Positions 26,101-40,508 of a DNA stretch of 64,000 nucleotides are shown here, one piece after another. Position numbers and translations under genes: made by a program. The DNA is from Podarcis cretensis (lineage: Eukaryota). The notes under the pieces were generated by a model, which was not told the origin of the DNA, ran no database searches, and was given only the letters and a program-made list of their open reading frames with translations. Numbering within the stretch: position 1 is the stretch's first letter; each line of letters starts with the position of its first letter. The stretch is from the NCBI GenBank assembly GCA_951804945.1, contig OX638154.1, positions 56,854,001-56,918,000 on the forward strand, given 5' to 3'.

Positions 26101-27713
26101 GCCAGGTTATTCTTACTCCCACTTTTCAGTTTGGAGACTTGAATGAAATATAATGCTTTTTTTAATGGCCACTCTTACTTTACCATGGCTCTTCAAAAAG
26201 TGTGCATTCCTACATCCAAATAATTAGTTAAACAAAGGTATGTGGAATGTAGGAAATAAATGCACATTTATTATGGAAAAAAACCAGAAACTAAATGGTG
26301 TTATGAAACCACCCAAAACCACAGCTATATGAGTAAACTTGGCATTTGTTAAAATTCTGAGCCAGTATAATCACCTTGCTCAGTATATTGGAATCATTAA
26401 ACTACTTTTCCATTGAAAAAGGCAGTCCCCATCATCAATCTTGCCATCTAAAAAAAATTACCAACCTGGAACTAGTGTAATTAAATAGGGATGCTGCTAA
26501 TAAAAGCAATAGATAATTCCTAGATTAAAAAAAAATCTGAAAATTGAAGAAATGCCCTTTTAATTTCTATGCTGAGAATATATTTGCTTCAAAACGAAAT
26601 GTATTAGAAGTTTGACAGTCTCTCTGATCAAATAATAACATAATAGCTTTTGTCCTGTGTCAGTATATGTTAGCCAGCATCAGAGGAGAAAATAAGCAGA
26701 GGGTTGCTATTGTGTTGCTATTTTAGAAGGGCCTTCCATCTGGTAGGAAGCACAAGCCATCAGCATTGTAATTAAAATGCAATTACTGTCCCCCATCACA
26801 ATCCCAGGATGATCATTCCATCTGTGTGATATACAAGGGAGGGGCACACATTTCCCCCCTTTCCAGCCCCATTAAGTTCATTTTCTTTGTATTAATTTAT
26901 CTAACACCAAGGGTATAGTGTTATCTTGCATAACAACATGTCACAAACTCTGCACTCCAAAAGCCTAAAATCACATATTTTGAATTTCTGCACCATTAAT
27001 TACTTCTGATTCACCATCTGTAATTAAAATATATCACTACAGCAGATTTACCTGCACTTGTGGGTATCGGGGTGCATGCTTCTGTGGCTGTCACAAATGA
27101 ATGCCTCAGAGACATTAAAATAGAAGTTAAGATATATTGCAAAAAAAAAACCAAAGAAAAAGAATAGAGAGTTTAAATGAAAACAACTGCATTCTTTCCA
27201 CCTTCACTGCAGTATATACCTTGTGAGCATGTGCCACTTGAACCAGTGATAAAAAGCTGAAAAAACAAACATTGACATCAAAGCCAGGATGCTCTCTAAC
27301 TCAGGCCTCACTTTATGTGCAAAGTTTAATTACTATTTGTTTTTGGACATTTAAGGTACAACCAGTTTTAAAATAGGTCAGTGGTGCACACAACTGAGTC
27401 CTTGATTTGTACTGAGTGGTCTGAGGGACCAGTTTAATTAGACTGACCTTTACTGCAACACAAAGGATGTGGGAAATTTTTGACTGGGCACAGAAGCCAG
27501 ACACCGTGGCGAAGGAAGCCTCTCCTGCACCCAAGGTGGGGGCACTGAGGGGTGGGGCAAACTGCCTGGCAGCGCACATGCAGTGCCTGTACAGACAGTG
27601 CTTGAGTGGCAGCCCGTATGGGCGCCGCGCACCCTCGGCCACTCTACAGCTGGGGGGGAGGCATCAGGCGATCTTGTCACCCCACAGGGTGGCACCCGGG
27701 GCAGACCACCTCC

Positions 27714-28817
27714 TGCAACAGGCTCAGCACCTCACTTACTGCTCACACCGATGTGCCCACTCTCACTTAAATATAGTGCCCCCACCTCACTGAACAACCT
27801 TTTACCCGAAGGCTTAAAAACAAAACCTAACTATCCCAGAGTATCCTGTGGGGGATCTTTGTGAGGGGGATAACCAATAAGTTGGGAGTCTCAAGCGGGT
27901 GTTCTTTAAATAAACAATAAATATTTATTTTTAAAACAAAGTAGTATAATACAAGTGGAGAAACTTAGGTTACTTCAATAATAATGTGGTCAACCTCTAG
28001 TTACGAACCTGAAACTGTTCTTAACTAGAGGCGTGCTTTCACTAATAGGACCTCTTGCTGCCGCTGTGCCGCTGGCACACGACTTCCATTCTCACCCCGG
28101 GGCAAAGTTCTCAACTCAAGGTAACTGTTCCAGGTTAGCGGAGTTTGTAACCTGTGGCGTTTGTAACCGGAGGCGTTTGAAACTCAAGGTACCATTGTAA
28201 TATGCTAGTTCAGTTCAATTCGTTCTCAGAGGTTTCGACTTTATAGGTTGGTTCCTTTCCAAGGCGGTACTTTCCTTCACCACCCACCCCTTTAACAAAT
28301 CCAGCTCCTGAGGTACTTTCAGTAACAGTCTTAAGGGCTCACCACACACCCCTTCCTTCACTGAGTTTTGGGAGTCTCTTCTTTCCTCAGAAGTCTCTCC
28401 CCTCCAGACTAGTTTTGAGGCCTAAGTAGACTGATCTTTTTCAGCTCCTACTTTTCCTGTCTCGCCCTCAGTCTCCCAGCAAGATCCGGTCCTATTACTC
28501 CTGCAGGACACTACACTCAGTCCTTCACTGTACACTCGGAGTGGATGTTTTCTCCAGAATCAACTCTCCCTCCTTAACACTCTGTATTCCAACCTGACTC
28601 CTATCCTATCTCCCTACCTAACTCCCAACATCCCTCCTCAACCACCTCAACTCAACCACCTTAAACTCCCCAACTAACTCTATCTCCCTACAGAACCTCT
28701 CCTTTTAAACTCTCCCTCCTGGAACCATAGCCAATCAGAGGATGCCGTTCTTTAACCATTTGCTGGCAAGAGAAAAAAGTAAAAAGAAACACTTGTGGAA
28801 CCAACTTTTCTGTCACC
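27714..28817 (-). mobile_element. Probable solo LTR, minus orientation
   Basis: TGCAACA...TGTCAC ends; minus-strand AATAAA near 27924-27929; TATA-like TTTAAAA near 28703; CCAAT box near 28731; pyrimidine-rich plus strand. Confidence 0.55.
27984..28197. mobile_element. Tc1/mariner (pogo/Tigger-like) MITE, decayed, nested in the solo LTR
   Basis: Clear similarity to the CAGTGGTACCTC family at 18364, 22806 and 47384; ends AGGTACCATTG-TA. Confidence 0.75.
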
Positions 28818-31800
28818 CCCCCCCCATACGCCCCTGGCCAGACACAGGACCACCTGTGACCAGCAAGATCAACAGTGGAGTCTCTCCCTCTCCCCTCCCC
28901 TCTCTCCAGGGCTAAAACTGTGAACTACACTGCAGGATTGTAGCATACTATTCTCTTAGTCCGACCTGCAACATGGTGCAGTGCAGAATTGTGGGAAGCT
29001 ATTCTATCAGATTCAGCCCAGCCTCCAACCTGCAACATGGGTTTAGTACCTCTGGACAACACTGCATGGGGTGCTGTAAATCACTCAGAGTCTGGCCCTC
29101 ATACAATATAATGTAAACTACAGTAATCATTCTCTTTTGCTCTCAAAATACTTTTCCTCTTGGAGGAGGAAAAAGAGGAAGAAGAAAATGGAACAAGAGG
29201 CAAAGAGACAAGAGATACCACTGACCTTCTCCTCTCATCCTTACCACCAACATACTCCTTGACTATGTTTTCCTGTCAGATAGATTCTCTAGCCAGCCAG
29301 CCTCTCCAGCCAGTGTTCTGAAGTCTCTGAGGTTGCTGTAGCAATATTCTCCTCCTCCTCAGCCACTGCCAGCCAGACAGACAGCTGATGCCAATCCCCC
29401 TTTTTCTTTTCCAACTGATTCAGTGTTATTTGCCTACTGAGCATGTTCACTCCTTGTTGAACGGTTCAGGGGATTTCCCCCCTCGAAGGTTGTTTTAAAA
29501 ATACATGTTTGTACTTTAAACCTTTTAAGCCTTACTGCTAATATCCACCAGTTGATGTGGCATGGCCTGCATATGTTTACCCAGAAGTCCACAGCATTCA
29601 ATTGGGCTTATACTTAAAACAGTGTAGCCTTACAGCCCATTCCTATGCATGTTTACTCAGAAGTAAACCCCATTAAGTTCAGTGTTATTTATGCCCTTGT
29701 AAGGAAACCTGGGATGCTAACTTTAATTTTGTATTGCATAAGGGGATGCATAGGTGCAGTGAAAAGATGACTTGGTGTGACACACTCCCTAGTGGTCATT
29801 GGTGATAAGTCAGCACAGCAAAAGAAGATAGTATTGACATCTAAAATGAGATAATTCATTTCTCGAATGAGAAAGCAATTTCCATGGTTGCTGAGTCCAT
29901 CAAAACTATTAATGACTTTTAAAGAGTTAGTCCAGGAACCAAGAAAAAAAATTGGATAGACTGCATGAGTAAAGCATTCTCATGTGGGCATTTATTTGCA
30001 TAGGTCATTGACACTGAAGAGTATATGTAGGGTGGGTTTGCTTCTGCATATTGCTTTATGTATAGTGTTCATACCTTGGCTACATATAAACTGGCTTTCC
30101 ATCTATGGACCACCAAACTAAGGTACAAGAAACAGGAAGGCTGAATTACCAGGTATTATTAGATTTGACAACAGAACAGTAGCAATTGTACTCCATATCT
30201 TCCATACTGAACTATCTCTATTTTCTTTGGATCTGACGCTATTGTTTTTACAGAATCCAGTTTTTATAGAAACTGGGCTTCCAGGAAAACTGATTTAATT
30301 TAAATGCAATTAATCAAATTTACTGACCAACTTCAACCTTATGGGGTGGTTTTAAAATAAACAGTTAGTTAGTTGGTTTATATCCCCCTTAAATGCTTTT
30401 GTGTCTAGGAAATGGTCAGATTACAACAAACAAAGGGAATTATCCCACAGCCAGTGTCAGTACTTGGGCACCAGTGATTCTCATACCCTGATATGTAACC
30501 CACTTTCCCATGTGCTTTCCAGACACTGAGAAAACTAGCAAGAAGTATGTATTAAGGACCGTGGAAGTAATGCGGCTGATGAACCCACCTCAATCTGAGT
30601 GAGCCCCTTCTCAATCAGAGTACACTGTGCTTCTTCCTTATATTCTGCCTAAAACTTTCATCTATAACAAATCTAACAATCTATAATAAAAATTTACCTC
30701 CATGATGTTTCATTGGTATTTACTAGACTATAAGAAAAATTAGATTCAAGGATCACAAAAAGAAATTGTGTGCTCTTGGTGGGGAACGTGCCATAATTTG
30801 CCTGCACTGCCACAAAAAGCCTGGAAAAGGTTCTCATCAAAATTTAGATTGGACCAAATGCCAGTGAAGAATTGTTTGGTAAATCTTCCTTTCATGTTAA
30901 CTCTGAGAGTATGCTTCTCAAGGCCTTGGCAAAAAAAGGATAAACAGAAAACACTAGGATATTATTTATTTTGCCACTTGACAAGAGTGGTCAGAACTAA
31001 AACACTTCCTTTGGAAGATGACCACAATGGAGGTAGTAATATCAAAAGGTAACAAGAGCTGAGACATCTAAGTATGAAACTAAGGTTTGAGCTTTTAAGT
31101 GGGAATGATCACATGAAATTTAGAATGATTTAGTAGAATGTTTAGCTAAAGGATGCAGTTCAATAGGAAATTATACACACTTTCTTTGATAAGCCTGAAT
31201 GCTTGTATCTGATCTTTTAAATGAATACCCACTCCTAATGAAAGAAGATGAGGTAACAGCAGATGTCATCCATAAAGAATATGCTTTTATCATACTATAT
31301 TGATATAAACTCCTCATACTTGTGTGAGTCAACAAGCACCATTCTCAAGGAACTGAAGGATGGTATTGTGGTTGTTAAGGTATACTTAAAGCAATAGCCT
31401 GAAAGAACAAGCTGTGTTTTAAAAAGGGCATGGTCTACATAGAAAAACCTTGAAAATATTCTAACATGCATGCTGTCATTTTCAGCAACATTAAAATAAT
31501 TGAAAATGCAAGAAAGAAACAGGAAACATTATTTTAAAGCATGTGGACAATTAATGCTTCTGATACTTGAGTTAGTGGCCTTGGGCAGCCTGCCCAAGGT
31601 TAGCCCAGCCTGCTTCACACATGGTTATAATGTGACTGAATGTAGGTTGTCTTAGCACTTGTTGATAAGGCAGAATATAAATTAATAAACAAATAACAAC
31701 ATTAAACTAAACAACAGCACTCATCATGAACTGTAATAATCAACTTACGTCTTTGACACAACAGCCACAATTCAACACAGAGTTCACATCAATAAGTTTC

Positions 31801-32583
31801 AAGTGTCAGAGTGCCCTGAAAGCTTCCTAAACTGAGGAACAAACTCTCTTAGCAGGGGGCATATGGGTGTCAGTCATTCTGAAAAGGACTATCAGAGCAT
31901 TGCTTGCCTTAAAGTGATGTCCCACTTGGATCTAAAATAAGCACACTCTACTATGTTCATTAAAATTAATTCATGACAATATATTGTCTAAGCATAATTC
32001 TAAAATTCCGCATATGAAAACCATCAATAACCATGTGGAATAGTTGAAAGACTGCATTACAGGGTGCTTCCTTTGCTCATTTAGGTGATAATCTTGTAGC
32101 AATATATTATAACTTTTTTTTATCCCAGATCACAGCCCTATGCAAGCATTACCAATAGGAAAAATATAAATAGGTGAAGGGTTCCACCCCGCATCAGTGT
32201 GACATATTTTAACTCATGGAATATGACATTCCAAATCTGTGGAGGCTCTCCGAAGATTTTAGAAATCTGGAAAATCAGGGTTCTAAAATACACGGGAGCC
32301 TACATGAATATAAAAGGCTCCTCACCAGTAATTTTCCATGAGTTAAAGATGTCAAAAGATGTCACCTTCCATGAGCTGAAACTTGCACACTTGTCTATGC
32401 CATCCTCCCCTCATGCATCCATACTACCTACTGGTAACACCTGCATAGGGCTAATGTTGGGCTGAAACACAAGAAGTGTATTATACTTCTCAAGTGTACA
32501 ATTTACTTCTTTTATGATTTTAGGACTTCTTTTAGGGCTCCTGATTAAGCGTTTGGTACTTGGACTAATGAGAGTTTGAGATA

Positions 32584-32936
32584 CAGTGGTGCCTCGCAAG
32601 ATGAAATTAATCCGTTCCGTGAGGCTCTTCGTATAGCGGTTTTTTCGTCTTGTGAAGCAAGCCCATTGACAGCTTAGCGGATTAGCGCTATTAGCGGTTT
32701 AGCGGCTTTTAGCGGATCAGCTGATAAGCGGCTTATCAGCGGATCAGCTGATAAGTGGTTTAGCGGCTTAGGAAAAGGGGGGGAGGGGAAAAAACCCGCA
32801 GGAACTCGCAAGACATTTCGTCTTGCGAAGCAAGCCCATAGGGAAATTCGTTTTGCGAAGCGCCTCCAAAATAGAACACCCTTTCGTCTAGCGGGTTTTC
32901 CATCTTGCGAGGCGTTCATCTTGTGAGGCACCACTG
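32584..32936. mobile_element. Tc1/mariner MITE, related family with internal TTAGCGG repeats
   Basis: TA-CAGTGGTGCCTCGCAAGATGAA...TTCATCTTGTGAGGCACCACTG-TA. Confidence 0.88.
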
Positions 32937-34784
32937 TAATTATTTTGGAAGAGTAATAAATGGTAGCAGTTAAGAATTGCAAATTACTTTCGTTGAAATA
33001 ATCTGAGGTGGTTAAATAAAAATCCAGAAGTCAATATCTGGATTATAAATTGTTAAATCCTAAAAACTAGTTTAAGATAATTGTGTATATTGTCAGTGAA
33101 AAATCCAAGGAGTGGTAAACCAAAGAGTTCTTCCAAATAGTGCCATTTCTTTAAGACCATGGCTATGCAGCTGCTGTGTCTTGTGATACTGATCTTGATT
33201 CACAAACAGAAAAGAGTAAGCTGGAAGAAAGCCCAGTTTGCCACATCCAATCACTGAAGTTGTGCAGAAACTTCTATGTGCTTGTTCAGATCTGAACCAG
33301 ATCATCCATGCCAAAATGCAAGCCATAGGCTCATGCTTACTGTCAGTCTTATAAATAAGCAAACAAAGATTACCACTGGGGGCTGGCAAAGGAGGGAAAG
33401 AGAGCAGCCCTCTATATTTCTAACTAAATAAATATTATTTATTTGCAGATATATAAACTGCTTCACAATCAAAAGTTTCTGAAGTGCTATACAGTAAAAC
33501 AAAATACAAACAAAATAATAAGATTACATATACAGTAAACTAAAGCACTAAAACCATTTCTACAATTGTTCAATTATTATTCCATAATAATAAGCCTTCT
33601 TAAACAAAACTATATTATATGGCTGCCTAAATGTCAAAACAGTAGGCACTTGTCTTGGCTGGTAACTGCTTCCGAAGGCTGGAGATGCAACACCAAAATC
33701 CCAGGCTCTAGTACATACCGAATGTACCTCCGGGGCATGTGGTACTCTTAGCAGTGCCCCATCCAAGCTGAGCGGGGCAATCCTTAGGCAACTTGGTCTC
33801 AATATGTTCAGGGCTTTAAATCAGAAGTGGGGAACTTACATAATTAGGCTCCTCAAGCTTCTCCCCCCCCCCAAAGCATGCCCACCTGTCATATGTGATG
33901 TCAGGTGTGGGACAGGCAAAGGCATGGCTGGGATGGAGTGCAGGTTGCTGATTCAAACTGCTGCTGTGCAGAAGGAAAATAAATGTGTCTTTACAGGCAG
34001 GAAGTGAATCCAAACCATGCCTGCAATCAGATTTTAAACGGGTTTGCTCCCTGATTAGCTGTTGGGCGCTATGAGCAGTCCCTTTGCAGGTGCAGAGAAA
34101 TCTATATATGCCAAAGGCTTGGAAGGCCCTTGCTTTCCAAAAGGTGTCTGTAACACCAGCTCAAAGGAAAGGAGGTGTGCACATTTGTATTTCTGTGTAT
34201 GTTACTCTGGTGGAAATATTCTTCATCATTAATTTATCCATTAACATGCTTATCCCTGAGAACTGAATAAAATAAATATTTACATACTAGCAAAGGGCAC
34301 AGCATAATACAGACTGTACTACCTGCTTTGGGAGTGTAACTGAAACTGTCTTTTGTGACTTCTATGCATCTAAAAGACAGTAGGAAATGAAAGGGATATT
34401 TTCTTATGCCCATGCAGTTTTCAAAGTGAACTATTAAGAGAGAAATGGAAGCATGACCTTTCACATCCCCACTGGTATGTGGAAATTAGATTGTAAAGGC
34501 AAAATAAAATGGCAATCTTGCATCATATCATCAGCAACATAAATAAATAAAATGACAGGAAGTTAGGATTTATGCATGGAAGATATTATTCAGCAACCAA
34601 TATACCTATCTCACTGTTCTAGGCTGCATCCCCTTCACCATGGTTGGGAATACCTTTGTCATTCATTCTCAGGATTGGTGATCACAATAAGATGCAGGGA
34701 AGATGGGAAATGTCTGAGATTTATAGGGAAAAAGTCAGCACTGTTCACACATGCAAGTGCATTCGTGTTTTATAATAAATTGTA

Positions 34785-34902
34785 GAGACTGGATGGCCAT
34801 TTGTCATGGATGCTTTAGTTGAGATTCCTGCATTGCAGGGGGGCTGGACTAGATGGCACCTGGGGTTTGTCCCAACTCTACAATTTTTTAATTCTATGAT
34901 TC
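34785..34902 (+). mobile_element. CR1 3' UTR fragment
   Basis: GATTCCTGCATTGCAGGGGGCTGGACTAGATG...ATTCTATGATTCT tail. Confidence 0.75.
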
Positions 34903-35752
34903 TGAGCATTTTTGTTCCACTGCTTTTGATCATCTTTTTGGCTTTACTTCACAGCCCAAATGGAAGAATGCTAACTGGGATATACTGTATATTACTTTGA
35001 AAAGGAGAAACAGCTTTTTAAAGAGTAGTTTAATTCAATAATCCTGAACTAGCATGAAATGAAGGTTAATTCAAAGCCTGCATATTTACCACTGTATTTA
35101 AAACATGTTTAATGCCTGTCTTTGTTGTATCATTTTGCTATGTTATTTATATTATAGTTTAGAAATTTTCTAATCTGCTCCTTAGAATCAGAACAAGTAA
35201 ATTCAATTTAAAATAAAAAGTATATACAGACACCTAACTACTTACAGTTGGGGACCTTTTCATTAACCAAAATGAATGTTGTTAATGCAATTGTGCAAAT
35301 CACTGCATAATGCGAGAGGAGGGGGGATACCCCATAAACAAAATTGCTTCAGCACATTGCTTAGCTAAATGTAACAAAAGTAGTAAATCACACAGCAGAA
35401 AGTGCAGCAAGATTCAGATCAAAGCTGAACATGCATGATTTCTAATATTAATTACGGAAACTGTCTATGTAAAGTTGGAAGACAGATGGAGTTTGTGTAG
35501 CAGAGACAATCTATAGAAAATTCATAAAATCTCTAATTATTTTCCCCCTGTATTTACCAAAATATTGAGATGCAAACAAAGACATTTACTTTAGCCCACA
35601 TCTATTCATTTGGAAGTAGAAGTCCACTGAACCATCCCATACTCTATAGTTCTGTTTACCTTAGTCTTTGTGCTTATTAAATAATTCATGTTATGAACTG
35701 CCTAGACAACACAGTTAGATAGACAATATAAAAGTTTAACAAATAATAACTA

Positions 35753-35910
35753 CCGTATTTTTCTGTGTATAAGATGCCCCCATGTATAAGACGCCCCCTA
35801 TTTTGGGGAACTCCAAATTAAGAAAACACCCCTCAGCACTACCCATGTATAAGACAAGCCCCTATTTTTCTGGTTAAAAAACCCCTAGTCTTATGCACAG
35901 AAAAATACGG
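35753..35910. mobile_element. Tc2/pogo-type MITE
   Basis: TA-CCGTATTTTTCTGTGTATAAGA...TCTTATGCACAGAAAAATACGG-TA. Confidence 0.85.
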
Positions 35911-38569
35911 TACTTAAAATAAAAAAATCTGAAGTTACAGAAGCAGAAATGTGATAGCAATCTTCTCTCAGTTTATTGGAACATACTTAAACTATTATGT
36001 TTAAGAATACCCTTCGCAGTTCTGCAAATGTTCTACAACTTGTATTTAAAAAATTTGAAATGTGTGTGTTAAAAAGACAGGATTAGTAGGATTATATTGT
36101 TTAACAGTTTTTGAAACATGAAATTAGATCTCTATTTTTACTGCTCAACTTGTTTTATATAATAAAAATTATAATAGAAACATAAATTTTTGTGTAAGAG
36201 GCTATATTTCAATGAATTCAATTTGCATTAGTCTGGCACAGGTGGTTATTTATTACAGTGTATACACACATAATCTTGATGCTTTGAAGGTGACTCAGAC
36301 TGCCTGAGTAAGTAAGCCAGGGACAGACAGCAAAAGCGTTTACTCAGCATCTAGGGCACACATTACAAGCTCAGCTATGCATGAAGGGCAATTTCTGCCA
36401 TGAAGAAGCAGCAAACTAAATCAAGGGCAATGGTAGTTTAATACTTTCAGTTCCATGCAGTAAGAACAAAATCTTAGTTTAAGGGGAAAGTGGAGACAAA
36501 AAGGTTATAAAAATAGTTCCACTCTAGTGGTAAAAATGATACACTAAGATTGCACTATTTTTGTGTGTGCAATAACATAACTCAAGTTTTAAAAAATGTA
36601 GTTCAAAGGTAACTAGTTTTTCTTAGAACTTTCTTTCTTCACTATTTATGAAGAATCCAATTATGTTCCACAGCACTGCAGTTTTAAAAGCTGTGTAACC
36701 TGCTAACGCACGCATAGTATAGAAAATTGACGAACACACAGTCAAAATGTTAACACAAAGCAGAGGTGCAATTGGTGATCGAAGTTACTTCAGAGTCAAC
36801 ACAAACTGCTAAGCTCGGCAGTCTGTGTAATGGAAAAATGGGGAGGGCACAGTCGCATCTAGCAGTGCAGGAAGTGTGTACAGCTACCGAAGGGCATAAG
36901 TTGACTGTAGAAAGGGACATTAGACTTAGAAGAAAACTTACCCAAGGGGTTTGCTTGTCTCAGTTTAATTTATTTTTAATGTTGGTTTGGAATACATTAC
37001 CGTATAGATGGAATAATTTTGCTTTAAACCTGATCCCAGCAGCAAAGTGCTGAAGGTCTGATAAAAGAAATCCCCATGAGTATAGAAATTCAGCCACCAA
37101 GCACACACCAAGAAAGTGTGTTTTCCACATTCACCATTTAGAAAAATAAATCTCTAATACTAAAACCAGCTTACTTATTACAAAATTTGTCCCATTCTCC
37201 TTGGACTGACTTTTTATTATTGAGCTACTCTATTACCATACTGACAAATTCAATTGTATTGCCTATTTAAATTGACAGGTGTGCAGGCATGGTTGCAAAC
37301 TTTCTTCTAACATAGTAGCATGTACAATCTTGTGCTTTATCAATGTAATCTGGAAATTCAATAGCAAAAAATGCATGTGAATGAAACTAATGCTATGGGT
37401 TTTTATAAATGCAGATATCCCTCTGTTACTTTATATTGTCATCTATTGTATATGCATGGTTCACAACGGTTCATTAAAAGTTGTATCCAATCCTAGTCCT
37501 ACTCAGAAAAACCCCATTGTAATTAATGTACATTACTATCTAAGGTTCATTAATTTCAGTGAGTCTACTCTGAGTAGGGCTGGCAAATATTTACAGTGGA
37601 ACAAACTAGTTCAGTTGAATGAAGTGCACTGAACTGTTTTGAAAAATCTCTGAATTGCACCAGAAAGAAGTTCCCATATGTTCCCAGGTGAACTAAAGGT
37701 GAACTGAGTTATAGCATTCAATTTGAATAATTTCTATCTTCATGTTCACACCACACACACCAAGCAGGAGGTAGATCCTTAGCTTTCATAACAACAACAA
37801 CAACAACAACCCTGGACATCTCAATTAATCAAATGCCTCTTCCATTGAGGGAAATAAATTTCCAAATAAAATGGAAAAAAGACAAGTTCTGCAGAATATG
37901 ACAAAGTGCTTAGAATTTAAAATATAATGTTATGTCCTTGAACATCAATTACAACTTTGGGCTGATGGTTTTGTTCAAAAACAATACAGAATTTATTACA
38001 CCCAATGAATTGCTTGAGTGATCTAAAAAGATACTAATTTAATTAGCAGAAATTTTATTTATCTGTTAGTAAAATAGATTACCCATACCCCTATCCTTCC
38101 AAGAAAACAAACTCCAGTTCCCTCAAAGCCAAAAACTTTTATCTGCTTGCACTTAGACATCCAAAATGTTTGGCAGCAACAGAAATACAAGGACATTAGT
38201 ATGTTATCAAATGAGATGCAATTCCTCCTAACTCCTGCATCTAATATAGGTTTATGTGCAACCCAGATTAAGTTTTAGATACATTTTCTAAGCAAATTAG
38301 AAAAGATTTGTAAGGATAAGTGATCATAGGAAGTAAAATTTAAAGTGAAAGAAGCATGGAATAAACTAAATAGTATAGATACATATAAATAAAATGTACA
38401 AAAATATGTTGATTACTAAGAAGATAGGTTAATTAACCTGACAGAGTGGGATGAGATCTGTGAATATATAAATTATATAAAACACAAGGACCACATTGGG
38501 GGGAGAACAATGAGTTTTTGTTTATTTATTCTTTAAGGGAGGAAATACAACAATCAGCAAGACTAAAAC

Positions 38570-38975
38570 TATTTATTTATTTATTTATTTATTTATTTTC
38601 TGCCCTTCTTTCTAAAGGAGTCCAGTGTGGCAAACATACAAGCAATAAGACAATCAGAACATCTAAAAACAATTTGAATACAAACCCAAACTTAGAAGGC
38701 TTGTTGAAAGAGGAAGCTCTTCAGTAGGTGCCAAAAAGACAACAGAGATAGTGTCTGTCCAATATGTTACAAGAGTGAATTCCAATGGATAGGTGCCACC
38801 ACCCTATGGGATCGACTGCTATATCATATGCAATGGAACTCCTGATAACATAGTATCCTGCAGATTGCAGTGATAGAGATTATAAAGTCTATATAAGTTA
38901 AGGTATGAGAATATTTTTTAAGGTATACTGGTCCCCAGGTATAAAGGGCTATGTAAACCTTTGTGTGATTAATAG
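38570..38975 (-). mobile_element. L2-like LINE 3' fragment
   Basis: (TTTA)n tail, then GAATTCCAATGGATAGGTGCCACCAC-type sequence; similar remnants near 945-1120, 20225-20390 and 33540-33800. Confidence 0.55.
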
Positions 38976-39169
38976 GCTTGCCATACATCAGGAAAATTCC
39001 TGACATGTCCTGGTTTGGGGGTTCAAAAATGGTATATGGGGGAAAATTTGCTGAATCGGCAAAATGTCAAGGAAAACCCAGATATATGGCAAACCCGGAT
39101 GTTTGGCAGCAGTTTCTGCATATAGATAGTGTTAATGTATGTGGAACCAACTGCCAGGTTACTAATTAA

Positions 39170-40200
39170 TGGAAGAATTTCCAGGAAACTACACTTGAAA
39201 GCGGCACACAGAAAGGGTGCATTACAGCCAGTGACTACTGTTATAAGGTAACATGAAGGCATTACAGAAATAGCAAGTCAGAATACTGAACACAAGTTGA
39301 GACTATATGCAGATACTATAGTAATATACATGTCTGACATAAACAGATACGGAGGAATACCAGAAACAAATTCATTCATTTGGGATGAGAAAAGAGCTAA
39401 AGCTGACAAGAATGTAAGTTACAAGACATGAAAAGAAAGGGGGTTGGGCATTCCCGATATATTTATCTACTACAGTGCTGGAGTCCTGCAGTGAATATCA
39501 GTTGTTCAAAGAAGCAAATAAATATTTTAGACCAACAGAAGGGTCTATACTGAGAACTACAGGAATATATTATGGTTGTCTAAACTCACCAGGAAAGTAA
39601 CATTAAAATGGGCACAGTTACGTGATCAATATGTTTAAAACCTGAGAGAGATATAAGAAAGTTTTATAACTAGAAATTAACAAAATAGCATCAGTAATTA
39701 ACAATAAGAAACCTAAGTTAAATGGACAACTAGGAAATTTCCAGACATAGATAACCAGCAGGTTATATCTGTATCAAAATTAGGTATGACTTAAAACATA
39801 TGAGCAAGCCATACATGATATAGAGAGCAAACCATCTGTTTTTCAATGTGTTCAAATAAGAACAGATTACATTGTAAACAACCAACAGAGAATTTGAAAA
39901 GTAAAGAATACAAAATGAAATATTTGCAAAAAAGCATGGGCTACTGAGAAACCAAAATGATCTATTTATACTAGTTTGTGGGAATCACAAATGGAAAGAA
40001 AGCTGTTGCAAAGATTCAGAGTAATCAATAACATTTGTTTTATGTTCCAGAAGAACTGAAAGAAGCTTCACAAGTATCCTACAGATTTTTATGATAAGTT
40101 TCCTTGTAAAAACTGCAGGAGTTTACTATGGGGCAAGAACTACTAAGCCAACTATAGTAGTTATTTTGGGAACTAATGGCTGTGAAGGAAAGGGATGGCA
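39170..40200 (+). mobile_element. Highly decayed L1-like ORF2 fragment
   Basis: FIWDEK...KGG.G.PD...YY-type remnant at 39376-39480; A-rich plus strand. Boundaries approximate. Confidence 0.5.
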
Positions 40201-40508
40201 CTGTTATGTTTTTATTGTAATAAGTATATATTGTTTTAATTCTATTCATATTTAATTGCTTTTTAATTATTATTTTCTATGTTATTAGTTGTTTTTATTT
40301 TATCTGAAAGTCGAGTTCTGGCCTGGGGAAAAGGTGATATAAATCATCTTCATCTTCATCATTATATTGTCTACTGAGTTGAACTTTCATAAGAAATTGA
40401 CTTTGGGGAGCTAACTCGTGACTTTGCCATGAAAAAACTCTTTAAAAAGCTTTAAAGAGAACTAGTTTATTTAGCAAATGTTTGCAGCCATGTCAGTCCA
40501 TTAGAAGA

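Larger units (their letters stand above)
27504..28836. mobile_element. hAT-type MITE interrupted by a solo LTR
   Basis: Degenerate TIRs CCGTGGCGAAGG...CCATACGCCCCTG; perfect 8-bp TSD GCCAGACA (27496-27503 and 28837-28844). Confidence 0.75.

Noticed and set aside
32670-32775. Short repeated units (TTAGCGG, AGCGGATCAGCTGATAAG) superficially array-like
   Set aside because: Internal repeats of a TA-flanked MITE; no spacers and a eukaryotic context, so not CRISPR or telomeric.
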